Shown: piece by piece, positions 8,218 through 17,281 of the stretch
Position numbering within the stretch: the stretch's first letter is position 1
Layout: each line of letters opens with the position of its first letter
Assembly: GCA_964545715.1 (NCBI GenBank)
Contig: CAZJHX010000014.1
Span: 17,789 to 81,788, forward strand
DNA length: 64,000 nt
Source: an uncultured Myxococcales bacterium
GTDB taxonomy: Bacteria; Myxococcota_A; UBA9042; GCA-2863065
Reading direction: 5' to 3'
Program-made: the position numbers and the translations under genes
The notes under the pieces: model-generated
Database searches by the model: none
What the model was told of the DNA's origin: nothing
What the model saw: the letters and a program-made list of their open reading frames with translations, nothing else

Positions 8218-9306
8218 ATGAAAATGCAAGCCGCCATGATGGCCCTTTCCGTTGTCTTTGCGCTCGGCTGCGCCGCCGAAGCCCCGACGATCATTGGTGA
8301 GGTCGACAGCTGGGCCGACGCGCCCTTCGCCAAGGGCGACGGCACCGATGAGGCCGACACCTCCTGCCGCGTCGTGCTCCGACAGATCGGCCACTCCAAG
8401 ACCAACGTCTACTCGGGCGACCTGTGGGTGACCTTCTCCGGCAAGTTCGACGTCGCCGAGTCCCTGATCGCCGACGGCGCCACTCCCATGCTCATCTACA
8501 AAGCCGGGTCCGAGAGCAAGTTCAACTGGGCCAACGGCACGCCGTCCGGACGCGGGCCGACCGGCTTCAAGCGCTTCTCCTTCAAGCTGGACGCCGGCAC
8601 GCTCATGCCCCACGACGTAGAGTTCAAGCGCGACACGCTGCAGGTCATCGCGGTCGCCAGAACCGCCGACGGGCGCATTCTGGACCACAACAGTCGTGGC
8701 CTTGAGAGCGCCGGTGTGGAGCTGACGCCGGAGAACAAGTACCGCTTCTCCGCGCCGAGCTCGACCTGCTCAGCGCCGATGCGCGCCGCCGAGGTCAACA
8801 AGGACGACCCCGACAAGGTCACCCTGGTCGTCAAGACCGGGCCCGCCAACGAGGATCCCTGCGCCAACGGCGCGCCGCTGCTCAACGAGTACACCGTGCG
8901 CGACTATCAGACCGACGCCGGCAACAGCGTGCACCTGTGCGCCTTTGTGGCCAAGACCGGCGTCACCGACGGCTGGGGCACAAGTCCGGAGACCGCGGAT
9001 GTCTTCGACGTGAAGCTGCAGTACCGCTTCGCACGCTCAGGCGACTTCACGCCGACGTCCCTCACCTTTCACAAGGTGGCCAACAAAACCGCCGTCTACA
9101 CGGTCAACTTGAACGAGCTGGACCCGTTCCCCGAGAGCGGCTGCCCGGCGGAGGGCGTCGCCCTGGAGTACAAGGAAGAGGCCTTCAACATGTGGGCCCG
9201 CGCCGAAATGTACGTGACGGTCGGCACCAAAGAGTACAAGCCCCAGGCGGGCGGCTTCTTCAGCGCCCTGTACGGCGCCTTTCCCGCCTTCGAGTGCCTC
9301 CACTGA
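8218..9306 (+). CDS. Hypothetical lipoprotein
   Basis: MKMQAAMMALSVVFALGCAAE lipobox. Clean 363-aa frame with no recognisable domain. Divergent from the TSP3 gene. Confidence 0.65.
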   Translation: MKMQAAMMALSVVFALGCAAEAPTIIGEVDSWADAPFAKGDGTDEADTSCRVVLRQIGHSKTNVYSGDLWVTFSGKFDVAESLIADGATPMLIYKAGSESKFNWANGTPSGRGPTGFKRFSFKLDAGTLMPHDVEFKRDTLQVIAVARTADGRILDHNSRGLESAGVELTPENKYRFSAPSSTCSAPMRAAEVNKDDPDKVTLVVKTGPANEDPCANGAPLLNEYTVRDYQTDAGNSVHLCAFVAKTGVTDGWGTSPETADVFDVKLQYRFARSGDFTPTSLTFHKVANKTAVYTVNLNELDPFPESGCPAEGVALEYKEEAFNMWARAEMYVTVGTKEYKPQAGGFFSALYGAFPAFECLH

Positions 9307-9329
9307 ATCAGGCGGCGCTGACGGTCACT

Positions 9330-9905
9330 CTAAGGTTGCGCGCGCAGCGACTTCAAAAAGCGTTTGGTCGGGAACCGCTTGCCCGGGCACTGAGTCAGCC
9401 GCCCGTCGACGCCGGTGTGCGTGGTCACCTTCTCCACGGGGATCTTCAGCCGCTGCATCAGCGTCCTGGTTAGCGCCGTCAGCGCCTCGATCTGCCGCGG
9501 GTGCGGGCGCGTCTCTTCAAAGTTGCCGACCAGGCAGATCGCGATGGCCTCGGGCGCCTTTTCGGGCTTGAACAGATGGATGGAGCGCGCCTGGTGCTGC
9601 CAGCGCGCGACCTCGATCTTGCCCGCCGGCGCCTTCTTCCCGTTGCCGATCAGAAAGTGGTACTCGATGCCCAGCGGGTCGTCGAAGCGCTTGCGATGGT
9701 ACCGATCGATGCCGGCCAGCGACGCATACGGCGCCGCAGTGTGATGGACCACGATGCCCTGCCAGCGCAGCAGCGGCTGCTTCAGCTCAAACAGGCCGGC
9801 CAAAACCCTGGCGTTGTGTTGCTCGGTCTTTTGTCGTTGGGTCAGCCGCGGCGGGCGGGCCACCGCGGCACTGATGAGGCTCTGCAGAAACTCTCGGCGC
9901 AGCAT
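9330..9905 (-). CDS. N-acetylmuramoyl-L-alanine amidase (amidase_2/PGRP fold) with a Tat-type signal
   Basis: N-terminal MLRREFLQSLISAAVA (RR motif). Core WQGIVVHHTAA...GYHFLIGNG...ICLVGNF is characteristic of AmpD/PGRP-type amidases. Confidence 0.75.
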   Translation of the reverse strand: MLRREFLQSLISAAVARPPRLTQRQKTEQHNARVLAGLFELKQPLLRWQGIVVHHTAAPYASLAGIDRYHRKRFDDPLGIEYHFLIGNGKKAPAGKIEVARWQHQARSIHLFKPEKAPEAIAICLVGNFEETRPHPRQIEALTALTRTLMQRLKIPVEKVTTHTGVDGRLTQCPGKRFPTKRFLKSLRAQP

Positions 9906-9976
9906 GGTCAGCCAACGTGCGAGGCGCCTCCCCGCATTCCGCGGTCTACTCGGCCGACTTGACGCGGTACGACAGC

Positions 9977-10498
9977 CTAAAGGGCGGGGAGGTCGTCGTT
10001 GTCGTCCTGCCAGTCGACGCGAGCGGACGCGGGCAGCTCAGCGATGGCCTTCTGGACCATGCGCACGTGCTCGACCTCCTCGTCGCGCAGCTCGGTGAAC
10101 AACGCGACGATCTCCGGATCGCTCACGTGAGGCAGGGCGTGGGTGTAGAAGTCCAGGGCCTTTCGCTCACATTCCAGAGCGACCTTGAAGGCCTTCAACG
10201 CCGACATGTCCGACCGCGCCGCGCCCTGCTCCGGCGCCTCCACATCGAAGAGGGCGTCGCGCGAGACGCGCATCGGGGTATCGCCGAACATGGCCTCCCG
10301 GCGGCTTGCCAGCTGGCTGCCGTGCTTGGCCTCGTTCTCGGCCATGGAGGCGAAGACGTCGGCCGCGTCCCCATCGGCGCGATGACCGAGCTGGTCGGCG
10401 AACATGCGATAGCGCTCGTAGGCCTCCACCTCGATGAGCACGGCGAGGTCCAGGGCGTCCATGAGGTCGAGCGTTGCAAAGTCGAGGCTGACGGACAT
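9977..10498 (-). CDS. Rubrerythrin/ferritin-like di-iron domain protein
   Basis: Paired ExxH-type helices (EVEAYERYRMFADQ..., ECERKALDFYTHAL..., EEVEHVRMV). Start chosen at the ATG of MSVSLDF (10498), which has a GGAGC RBS. Confidence 0.7.
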   Translation of the reverse strand: MSVSLDFATLDLMDALDLAVLIEVEAYERYRMFADQLGHRADGDAADVFASMAENEAKHGSQLASRREAMFGDTPMRVSRDALFDVEAPEQGAARSDMSALKAFKVALECERKALDFYTHALPHVSDPEIVALFTELRDEEVEHVRMVQKAIAELPASARVDWQDDNDDLPAL

Positions 10499-10645
10499 CG
10501 GAGCTCCAAAGTTAGTTCGGACGCAATCTTCCCCCAAACGAGGCGGCACTGTCCCCGACCGGCGTCAGACTGGCTGCCGACACGAGCCGATCCCCGCGCC
10601 CGGGTCGTCCGCGGACTTCCCGAAGATGCGGTACAATGGGCAACA

Positions 10646-10849
10646 ATGACGGAGCAAGTCAGACGGGTCTGGTTGCGAAAGGGACGTCTCGAAGACCAGG
10701 AGGGCCAGCAAGAGTTCGAGCAAGCGTTCTGGCAGTCGATGACTGGCGTTGAACGCGTTGAATCGCTGGACCAGATGTTTGACGACTACTTGGAGCTAAA
10801 TGGCACAGCGGACCAAAGACTTCCAAGAGTTGCTCGCCGCGTTCGCTGA
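10646..10849 (+). CDS. Small hypothetical protein (67 aa), a possible partner of the downstream nucleotidyltransferase-fold gene
   Basis: ATG at 10646 (MTEQVRRVWLRKGRLEDQEGQQEFEQAFWQSMTGVERVESLDQMFDDYLELNG...). It overlaps the next gene by 50 nt in another frame. A TACAAT hexamer lies 8 nt upstream. Confidence 0.3.
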   Translation: MTEQVRRVWLRKGRLEDQEGQQEFEQAFWQSMTGVERVESLDQMFDDYLELNGTADQRLPRVARRVR

Positions 10850-11255
10850 CCACGGCGTTCGCGCGATTGTCGTCGGTGGGTACGCCTACTCTTTTCATGC
10901 GCGGCCGCGACTCACCAAAGACTTCGACGTGTTGGTGGAGCCGACCCACGATAACGCCGTCAGAGTCCTGGCAGCGCTAGACGACTTCATGGGTGAGCTC
11001 GGCCTGTCTGTCGAGGACTTCGATAAGCCGGGACAGATCGTCCAGCTGGGCGTCGCTCCATGGCGGATCGACCTCATCACATCGATCGCAGCGGTCCCTT
11101 TCGACGACGCTTGGCGCGATCGGGTCGAGTCGACCTTCCACGGCGCGCCGGCCGCGTATCTCTCGCGTGAACATCTCATTGTTAACAAGAAGACTGTCGG
11201 ACGGCTGCAAGACCTCGCGGATGTGGAGAAGCTGGAGGCCCTGGACGCCGACTGA
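10800..11255 (+). CDS. Minimal nucleotidyltransferase-fold (Pol-beta superfamily) protein, 151 aa
   Basis: The hG[GS]-x9-13-DhD signature is present (VVGGYAYSFHARPRLTKDFDVLV). The size and layout resemble MNT/AbiEii-like toxin-antitoxin or defence components. Confidence 0.55.
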   Translation: MAQRTKDFQELLAAFADHGVRAIVVGGYAYSFHARPRLTKDFDVLVEPTHDNAVRVLAALDDFMGELGLSVEDFDKPGQIVQLGVAPWRIDLITSIAAVPFDDAWRDRVESTFHGAPAAYLSREHLIVNKKTVGRLQDLADVEKLEALDAD

Positions 11256-11332
11256 GCGGACAGTCGGCGCGGCTCGGAAATGGCGGTGCCGCGCGGCTTA
11301 TGGAAAACTGCCCGCGGACCGTAGGGCTGGTC

Positions 11333-12250
11333 ATGAAAGCGTGCACAATTATCAGTGTGGCAGCGATGGTGCTGGGTTGTGGCCCCGGCGGCGGGCGTGG
11401 CGGAAGTCGCGGCTCTTCGGGCCACGACGCCTATCATCACGGCGATGTGGCCGAGCACGGGGACGAGGACGCCTATGTGCCTCCCTTCGGCGACGTCATC
11501 GAGGACTGGCTGGACACGGACGAGTTGGACGCGGGCTCCGGTCCGGGCGAGCCGCTGTGCGAGTTCGGCGGTACCTACAACGGCAGCTGGTCCATCAAGA
11601 AGGACGACGATGTCCAGCGCATCGAACCCTGCCAGGTGATCACCGGCGACCTCGAGATCAGCTACTGCAGCCTGGAGAACATCACGCTCAACAACCTTCG
11701 TGAAGTCGGAGGCCTGCTGCGGGTTCGAAACAACGCGTCCTTGAAGCGTGTCACCCTCAACGGCCTGAAGAAGGTGGGGCACGCGTTTCACTTCACGGAC
11801 AACCCCGCGGTCGACTGGATGAATTACTCAGCGCTCACTGAGATCGGCAACAACCTCACCGTTCGCAACAACGACGCCTTAGCCTCAGTCGAGATGACGT
11901 ACCTGGAGACGGTTGGGCGGTCGATCGAGGTCGAGGGCAACGCGGTGATCTCGGCTATCTACATCAAGGCCACGCAGGTGGAGCACTCGGTCGAGGTCAA
12001 GCAGAACCCGAAGCTTACCAAGATCATCATGGAGTCCATCCAGGAGATCGGCCACGAGCTCAAGGTCCATCACAACGTCGAGCTCATCCAGCTCTTCCTC
12101 CCCTACCTGAAGTGCGTGGGCGCCAAGGTGGATATCGGCCACAACGACGCCTATCCCGCCTGCCTGGTCGACAGTCTCTACGATGCGGTCAAGGACTGCG
12201 CGAGCAAGCCGACGTTGTACAACCAGGGCAACGACGGGGCGTGTCCGTAG
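11333..12250 (+). CDS. Lipoprotein with receptor-L-domain/beta-helix-like leucine-asparagine repeats
   Basis: MKACTIISVAAMVLGCG lipobox. Repeats of the type ITGDLEISYCSLENITLNNLREVGGLLRVRNNASLKRVTLNGLKKVG. Confidence 0.65.
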   Translation: MKACTIISVAAMVLGCGPGGGRGGSRGSSGHDAYHHGDVAEHGDEDAYVPPFGDVIEDWLDTDELDAGSGPGEPLCEFGGTYNGSWSIKKDDDVQRIEPCQVITGDLEISYCSLENITLNNLREVGGLLRVRNNASLKRVTLNGLKKVGHAFHFTDNPAVDWMNYSALTEIGNNLTVRNNDALASVEMTYLETVGRSIEVEGNAVISAIYIKATQVEHSVEVKQNPKLTKIIMESIQEIGHELKVHHNVELIQLFLPYLKCVGAKVDIGHNDAYPACLVDSLYDAVKDCASKPTLYNQGNDGACP

Positions 12251-12280
12251 CCTCGGCACGAGTGGCGCGACGAGCGCAGG

Positions 12281-14011
12281 CTACTTCTCGGCCTCTGTCT
12301 CCACTTTGAGGTGCAGCAGCCAGGCGATCAGGTAGTTCATCTCAGAGGGGCTGAGATGATCGAACGCGGGCATGCCGTCGCCAAGCTCACCGTAGAACAG
12401 CTCGCCTGTCGGCTGGGCCATCATGTCGGCCAGCCACTGCTTGCCGCCGAAGCCCTCGAGAGCCGGCCCCTCGCCCGACGTGCCGTCCAGGGTGTGGCAG
12501 CCGCTGCAGTCGCCGTCTTCGAACAGGGTTGCGCCTTTCGCCGCCAGCGCGCGGTCGATGGGCGGGTCGTAGGCTTCGCCGCTGAGGCTGGCCAGAAACT
12601 CCACCATAGGCGCAAACTGGCCGGGCTCGAGGTCGGCTGCGTCCATGCCTGTCCCTTCGTCCTCGTCGTATTTCAGCTTCGTGACGCCGAAGTGCTTGGG
12701 GTGGCTCGGGTTGCGGAGAAAGCGCTCCAACCAGACCCGGCTGAGGTACCCGCGCAGCGACGGACCCTTGTCCTCCTCGATGATCTCCAACGTCTCATGG
12801 CACTCGTCGCAGCGCTGCTGGCGAAAGACCTTGTGGCCCTCGAACAGGACAACCGCGCCGCGCGCGTCGATGCCCCACTCCTCGTTGGCGGCATATCGGC
12901 GCGCCTCCTCGGCGTCCCGAGCGGCCTCCGCCAGCTTCTCCTGAAACTCGGGGTTCGCCCCGTCCTCACGGGCGGCCACGACGGTCAGCAGGACGACGGC
13001 GCCGACGCCCGCAAAGAAGACCACCGCCCACAGCTTGCGCGCAGCCAGTCGGCGGTCCTCGGCGCGGTCGAGGAACGGCAGCAGCACCAGGAACACGGTG
13101 GCCAGCCCGGGCAGCACCACCGTCCCAAAGAGCACCATGGGCCCTTCAAAGTACTTGAGCAGCTGGAACAGGAACAGGAAGTACCACTCGGGGCGCGCGT
13201 CGTACTCGCTGGCGGGGTCCGCGGGGGCGTCGAGAGGCGCCCCGACCCACACGCTGAGAGCGATGAGCAAGGCCAGAATAGCCAGCACAAAGACCGCGTC
13301 CATAAGCACCTGGACAGGCCAGAACCAGCCGCTCTTCGACTTCAACTCAGCCTCGCTGAGGCCGGGCGGCGGGGTCACGCCATGGCGCCGGAAGAGGTAC
13401 ACGTGCAGGCCGATGAGGCCGACGGTCAGCACCGGCAGCACAAAGACGTGCAGCGCGTAGAAGCCGGTGAGCGTGCGGTTACCGTAGTCCGAGCCGCCCT
13501 GAAAGAGCGTCTGGATGGTCTCGCCGATGAGCGGCAGTCCACCGGCGATGTTGGTCGCGACTTTCGTGGCCCAGTAGCCCTTCTGATCCCACGGCAGCAG
13601 GTAGCCTGTCAGCGAGAAGCCCATGATCAGCCCGAGCAGCATCAGGCCGGTCAGCCAGTTGACCTCCCGCGGCTTCTTATATGCACCGAACAAGAAGACC
13701 TGCAGCATGTGCAACACGCACAGCACGACCATGGCGCTGGACCCGAAGTGGTGCAGGCCGCGGATCAGCCAGCCCATCGTCACCTGGTGCTGGATCGCGT
13801 AGACAGAGCCCCAGGCGTCGGTGGTGGACGGGCTGAAGTAGAACGCCAGCAGGATGCCGGTGACCGCCTGAATAGTGAACGTGAGCGCAAGCCCGCTGCC
13901 GAAGACGTAGGCCCAGCGCGGACCGCCCGGGATGTGCTCGTGCAGCGCGGCCTTGCCAAGGCTGATCAGCCCGGTGCGGTCTTCCACGAAATCAACGATC
14001 TTCCGGAGCAC
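12281..14011 (-). CDS. Cytochrome b (bc-complex type) fused to a C-terminal di-heme cytochrome c domain
   Basis: Bis-His helices (IRGLHHFGSSAMVVLCVLHMLQVF; HVFVLPVLTVGLIGLHVYLF) and a PEWY-like segment (PEWYFLFLF). The C-terminal ~200 aa carry two CxxCH heme c sites (CDECH, CSGCH). Confidence 0.9.
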   Translation of the reverse strand: MLRKIVDFVEDRTGLISLGKAALHEHIPGGPRWAYVFGSGLALTFTIQAVTGILLAFYFSPSTTDAWGSVYAIQHQVTMGWLIRGLHHFGSSAMVVLCVLHMLQVFLFGAYKKPREVNWLTGLMLLGLIMGFSLTGYLLPWDQKGYWATKVATNIAGGLPLIGETIQTLFQGGSDYGNRTLTGFYALHVFVLPVLTVGLIGLHVYLFRRHGVTPPPGLSEAELKSKSGWFWPVQVLMDAVFVLAILALLIALSVWVGAPLDAPADPASEYDARPEWYFLFLFQLLKYFEGPMVLFGTVVLPGLATVFLVLLPFLDRAEDRRLAARKLWAVVFFAGVGAVVLLTVVAAREDGANPEFQEKLAEAARDAEEARRYAANEEWGIDARGAVVLFEGHKVFRQQRCDECHETLEIIEEDKGPSLRGYLSRVWLERFLRNPSHPKHFGVTKLKYDEDEGTGMDAADLEPGQFAPMVEFLASLSGEAYDPPIDRALAAKGATLFEDGDCSGCHTLDGTSGEGPALEGFGGKQWLADMMAQPTGELFYGELGDGMPAFDHLSPSEMNYLIAWLLHLKVETEAEK

Positions 14012-14553
14012 TACGCCGGGACCTTCTCAACGACGCCCGACTTGAAGCGCTCGAAGGTGCAGTACAGCACGCCATCGCGTACGACGTGCTCCAGAGCGTC
14101 CATCGGGCGGGGAGACGGGTTGGTCTCTTCCCCCTCCTCGACCTTGGCGCCGTCGACGTCGAAGCGGCTTCGGTGACAAGGGCAAATGAAGCCCTCCTCC
14201 GCTTTGTTCACGGCGCAGCCCAGGTGCGGACAGATCGACGACAGCACCCTGAATTCGGCCGGCTCGGCCTTGGCGCGCACGACCCACACCGAGCCGATGG
14301 TGACGCCGCGAGTCGTGACCCACGCGTCTCGGCGGTCGGCCGTAATCGAAACCTTTTGGGGCACGCCGACCTCAAAGCCGTCGACAGGTCCCAGTCGGCT
14401 CTCACCCGCTGACACGCCGATGGTGTCCTCGATGAGCGGGTGAGCCAGAAACACAGCGCCCGGCACCGCAACAGCGCCGCCGATCACCACTCCGACCGCG
14501 CCGGTGAGCTTCCCAAGGAAGTCCCGGCGGTCGCCTTCATCATTGTGAGCCAC
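14011..14553 (-). CDS. Rieske [2Fe-2S] subunit of a cytochrome bc-type complex, Tat-exported
   Basis: RRDFLGKL twin-arginine signal. Rieske boxes CPHLGC and CPCHRSRF. Its stop overlaps the start of the cytochrome b gene. Confidence 0.9.
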   Translation of the reverse strand: MAHNDEGDRRDFLGKLTGAVGVVIGGAVAVPGAVFLAHPLIEDTIGVSAGESRLGPVDGFEVGVPQKVSITADRRDAWVTTRGVTIGSVWVVRAKAEPAEFRVLSSICPHLGCAVNKAEEGFICPCHRSRFDVDGAKVEEGEETNPSPRPMDALEHVVRDGVLYCTFERFKSGVVEKVPA

Positions 14554-14659
14554 GCCCTGATGATGCGGCGAACTCCCATCCGGAGTCCAGTCCCCCCGGA
14601 TGCTTTGGATAAGTCGGTTGGAATCAGGGCGCCCGCGACCTGCATACGTGTTGCATCGT

Positions 14660-15328
14660 CTACTGGATGCGCTTCAGTTCGAACGTGGTGCAACCCGCCT
14701 GGCTGCCGCCGCTGGCGCTGGTGACCTTGCCCGTAAACTTGGCGCCCTTGATCTTGCCGTCCAGACCGACGGTCACCCAGAAGCCCACCATTGGGTAGTG
14801 AAGCCACTTGACCGGCAACAACACCACGGCGCCGGTGCTGGGATCGTACGTGCCCTCCATCAAGAACGCGCCACCCTGGCCAAAGAAGGACGGATTGTCG
14901 GGGTGTTCGTAGAAGTCGAACACGCTGGTAACCGCATGGCTGTCGGAGACCGTGTTGAGGCTGAGCTTCAGCGCCGTCAGGCCCTGGGCGCACACGTACT
15001 TGCCACGCCAGAGCGTCGTCGACGGCAGCGGGTTGGGCTCCACGTCCAAAACGGGTGGCGCTGCAGGGGCGGCGTCCACCGTGCCGATATCGTCAGCTGC
15101 CACGCCGGCGTCGTCCGGCGTCATGGACCACCCGCCGTGCATAACGATGTCGGTGGGCCGAGAACCCCAGACGTGAGCGGCGCCTGCCGCCCCAGGCCCC
15201 ATAGCGACATCGATGGCGCCTGACGACACAGCGGCGTCCGCCCATCCACCCGGGGGAACGGCGCCGGGGGTGGGATTGTCGGCACACGCGCCCAACAACA
15301 AGGCCAGCCCGCAAACCACCGCTTTCAA
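14660..15328 (-). CDS. Hypothetical lipoprotein
   Basis: MKAVVCGLALLLGACADN lipobox. No recognisable domain. Confidence 0.6.
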   Translation of the reverse strand: MKAVVCGLALLLGACADNPTPGAVPPGGWADAAVSSGAIDVAMGPGAAGAAHVWGSRPTDIVMHGGWSMTPDDAGVAADDIGTVDAAPAAPPVLDVEPNPLPSTTLWRGKYVCAQGLTALKLSLNTVSDSHAVTSVFDFYEHPDNPSFFGQGGAFLMEGTYDPSTGAVVLLPVKWLHYPMVGFWVTVGLDGKIKGAKFTGKVTSASGGSQAGCTTFELKRIQ

Positions 15329-15343
15329 TTCACATCCCCCCTT

Positions 15344-17239
15344 TTACGTCTTTGGGCCGGACTTCATGAAGCCCAGATCTTCCATGTCCTCCGCCCAATC
15401 CTCGTCGGTCATCACCGGCGCGGGCGGGACCCCATCAGGCCGCGGCGCAGGTGCCGAGGCCGGCGCGACAGAGACGACCGGCGCCTGGCTGGTCTCCGTA
15501 ACGTTCAGCACCTCCTCGAGAGACGTGGCCCCTGCGACTACCTTTCGCAGGCCGTCCTCGAAGATCGAGACCATGCCGCTTTTTCGGGCGGCGCGGTCCA
15601 GGTCGTGGCGGTCGGCGCCGTCCGCGATCATGGCGCGGATCTCGTCGTTGACGATCAGGATCTCGGCGATGGTGTGCCGGCCGCGGTAGCCGGTGTCGAA
15701 GCAGTGCACGCAGCCGCCCGGCACGGCCACTTGCTCCAGGGTTCGGTATTGCGGTGGAAGCAACGCCAGCAGCGCCGGATCCGGCGGCCCCAGCTGGCGA
15801 CACTTGGGGCAGAACCCGCGCACCAGCCGCTGGCTGACAACCGCCCTCAGACTGCCCGCCAGCAGGTAGGGCTTGGTGCCCATGTCGACCAGCCGGCTGA
15901 TCGCCGAGACCGCGTCGTTGCTGTGCACCGTGGCCAGCACGAGGTGCCCGGTCAGGCTGGCGCGCACCGCGTTCTCGGTGGTGTTCTGGTCGCGGATCTC
16001 GCCGACCATGATCACGTCCGGGTCCTGCCGCAGCACCGACCGCAGGATCTGGCTGAAGCTGAGCCCGATCTCGTCATCGACCTGGATCTGGGTCACCCCG
16101 TCCATCTGGTACTCGACCGGGTCCTCGATGGTCGTAATGTTGCGGGTGCCGGTGTTCAACGCCTCCAGCGCGGCGTACAGCGTGGTGCTCTTGCCCGACC
16201 CGGTGGGCCCGGCGACCAGGACGATCCCGTTGGGGCTGCGCAGCACCTGCCGCAGCGCCAGGTACTGATCCTTGGTAAAGCCCAGGTTCTCCAGCCCCAG
16301 CAGCGCGGCCTGCTTGTCCAGGATCCGCATCACGACCTTCTCACCGTGCAGGGTCGGGGTCGTGGCGACGCGGAAGTCGATGTCGCGCCCCTCTACCTGA
16401 ATGTGAAAGCTGCCGTCCTGCGGCAGGCGGCGCTCGGCGATATCCAGCTCACAGAGGATCTTGATTCGGTTCACCAACTCCGGCGCGATCGCGATCGGCA
16501 GCTGCTGCACAGTCTCCAGAATCCCGTCGATTCGGTACTGCACCAGCACGTGGCGCGAGGTCGGCGTCAGGTGGATGTCGCTGGCCCGTCTCACAAGCGC
16601 CTGCAAGAGCAGCAGGTTCAGCGTGCGGATGACCTGATTGCTCTCGGCGGCCGCGCTGCTCAGGTTGACGGTGAGCCCGATCCGGGCGGCCAGCGCCGAC
16701 CCTTGATCGCGTACACCCTCCAGCAACCGCTCCACGCGCCGGGACTTGTAGTGATCGTTGTACTCGCCCAGCTTTTTGGAGATCTCGCCCGCCGACGCCA
16801 GCAGAAACTCGACCCGCTTGCGCACGACGCTGGAGATGGTATCCGTGGTCGCGATATCGCCGGGATCGGCGCACGCAACCTGCACTTTGCCGCCCTCCTG
16901 CGAGAACGCCAGCACCCGGTATTGCAGCGCGATATTCTCGGGGATCAGCTCCACCACGGACGGGTCCGGCGTCAGCGTGGCCACGTCCACAAACGTGTAC
17001 TGCTCGCGCTCGGCCCGCAGCATGATGAGGTCGCGCTCGCTGACGTACCCCAGGTCTTGCAGCACGTGGTTCATGGGCACCTGCGACCGCCGCATGACCG
17101 CGCGGATCCGAGGAACATCGTCCAGGGGCACGTGTCCCTTGGCGATCAAGGCCTTCAAGAGCCCGCGATCGCGCTTGTTCAAAGCAGAGAGTCCACCCAC
17201 GCTGCCCCCTTCAACTGTCTGTAGCTGAGCGTGCAGCAT
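15344..17239 (-). CDS. GspE/PilB-family secretion ATPase (T2SS/T4P-type)
   Basis: N-terminal T2SSE_N-like domain, Walker A GPTGSGKST, Asp/His boxes and a tetracysteine motif (CPKC...CVHC). An unusual Pro/Ala-rich acidic C-terminal tail is present. No other T2SS/T4P genes are adjacent. Confidence 0.9.
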   Translation of the reverse strand: MLHAQLQTVEGGSVGGLSALNKRDRGLLKALIAKGHVPLDDVPRIRAVMRRSQVPMNHVLQDLGYVSERDLIMLRAEREQYTFVDVATLTPDPSVVELIPENIALQYRVLAFSQEGGKVQVACADPGDIATTDTISSVVRKRVEFLLASAGEISKKLGEYNDHYKSRRVERLLEGVRDQGSALAARIGLTVNLSSAAAESNQVIRTLNLLLLQALVRRASDIHLTPTSRHVLVQYRIDGILETVQQLPIAIAPELVNRIKILCELDIAERRLPQDGSFHIQVEGRDIDFRVATTPTLHGEKVVMRILDKQAALLGLENLGFTKDQYLALRQVLRSPNGIVLVAGPTGSGKSTTLYAALEALNTGTRNITTIEDPVEYQMDGVTQIQVDDEIGLSFSQILRSVLRQDPDVIMVGEIRDQNTTENAVRASLTGHLVLATVHSNDAVSAISRLVDMGTKPYLLAGSLRAVVSQRLVRGFCPKCRQLGPPDPALLALLPPQYRTLEQVAVPGGCVHCFDTGYRGRHTIAEILIVNDEIRAMIADGADRHDLDRAARKSGMVSIFEDGLRKVVAGATSLEEVLNVTETSQAPVVSVAPASAPAPRPDGVPPAPVMTDEDWAEDMEDLGFMKSGPKT

Positions 17240-17281
17240 ACCCGATCGGTCGCGTGATGATCACGGCGCAATCTGAGTCGC

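Noticed and set aside
9917-10849. 310-aa plus-strand ORF spanning the rubrerythrin region
   Set aside because: Most of it is antisense to the rubrerythrin-like gene. Only its last ~67 codons (10646-10849), which start at an internal ATG in intergenic DNA, were retained as a low-confidence small gene.
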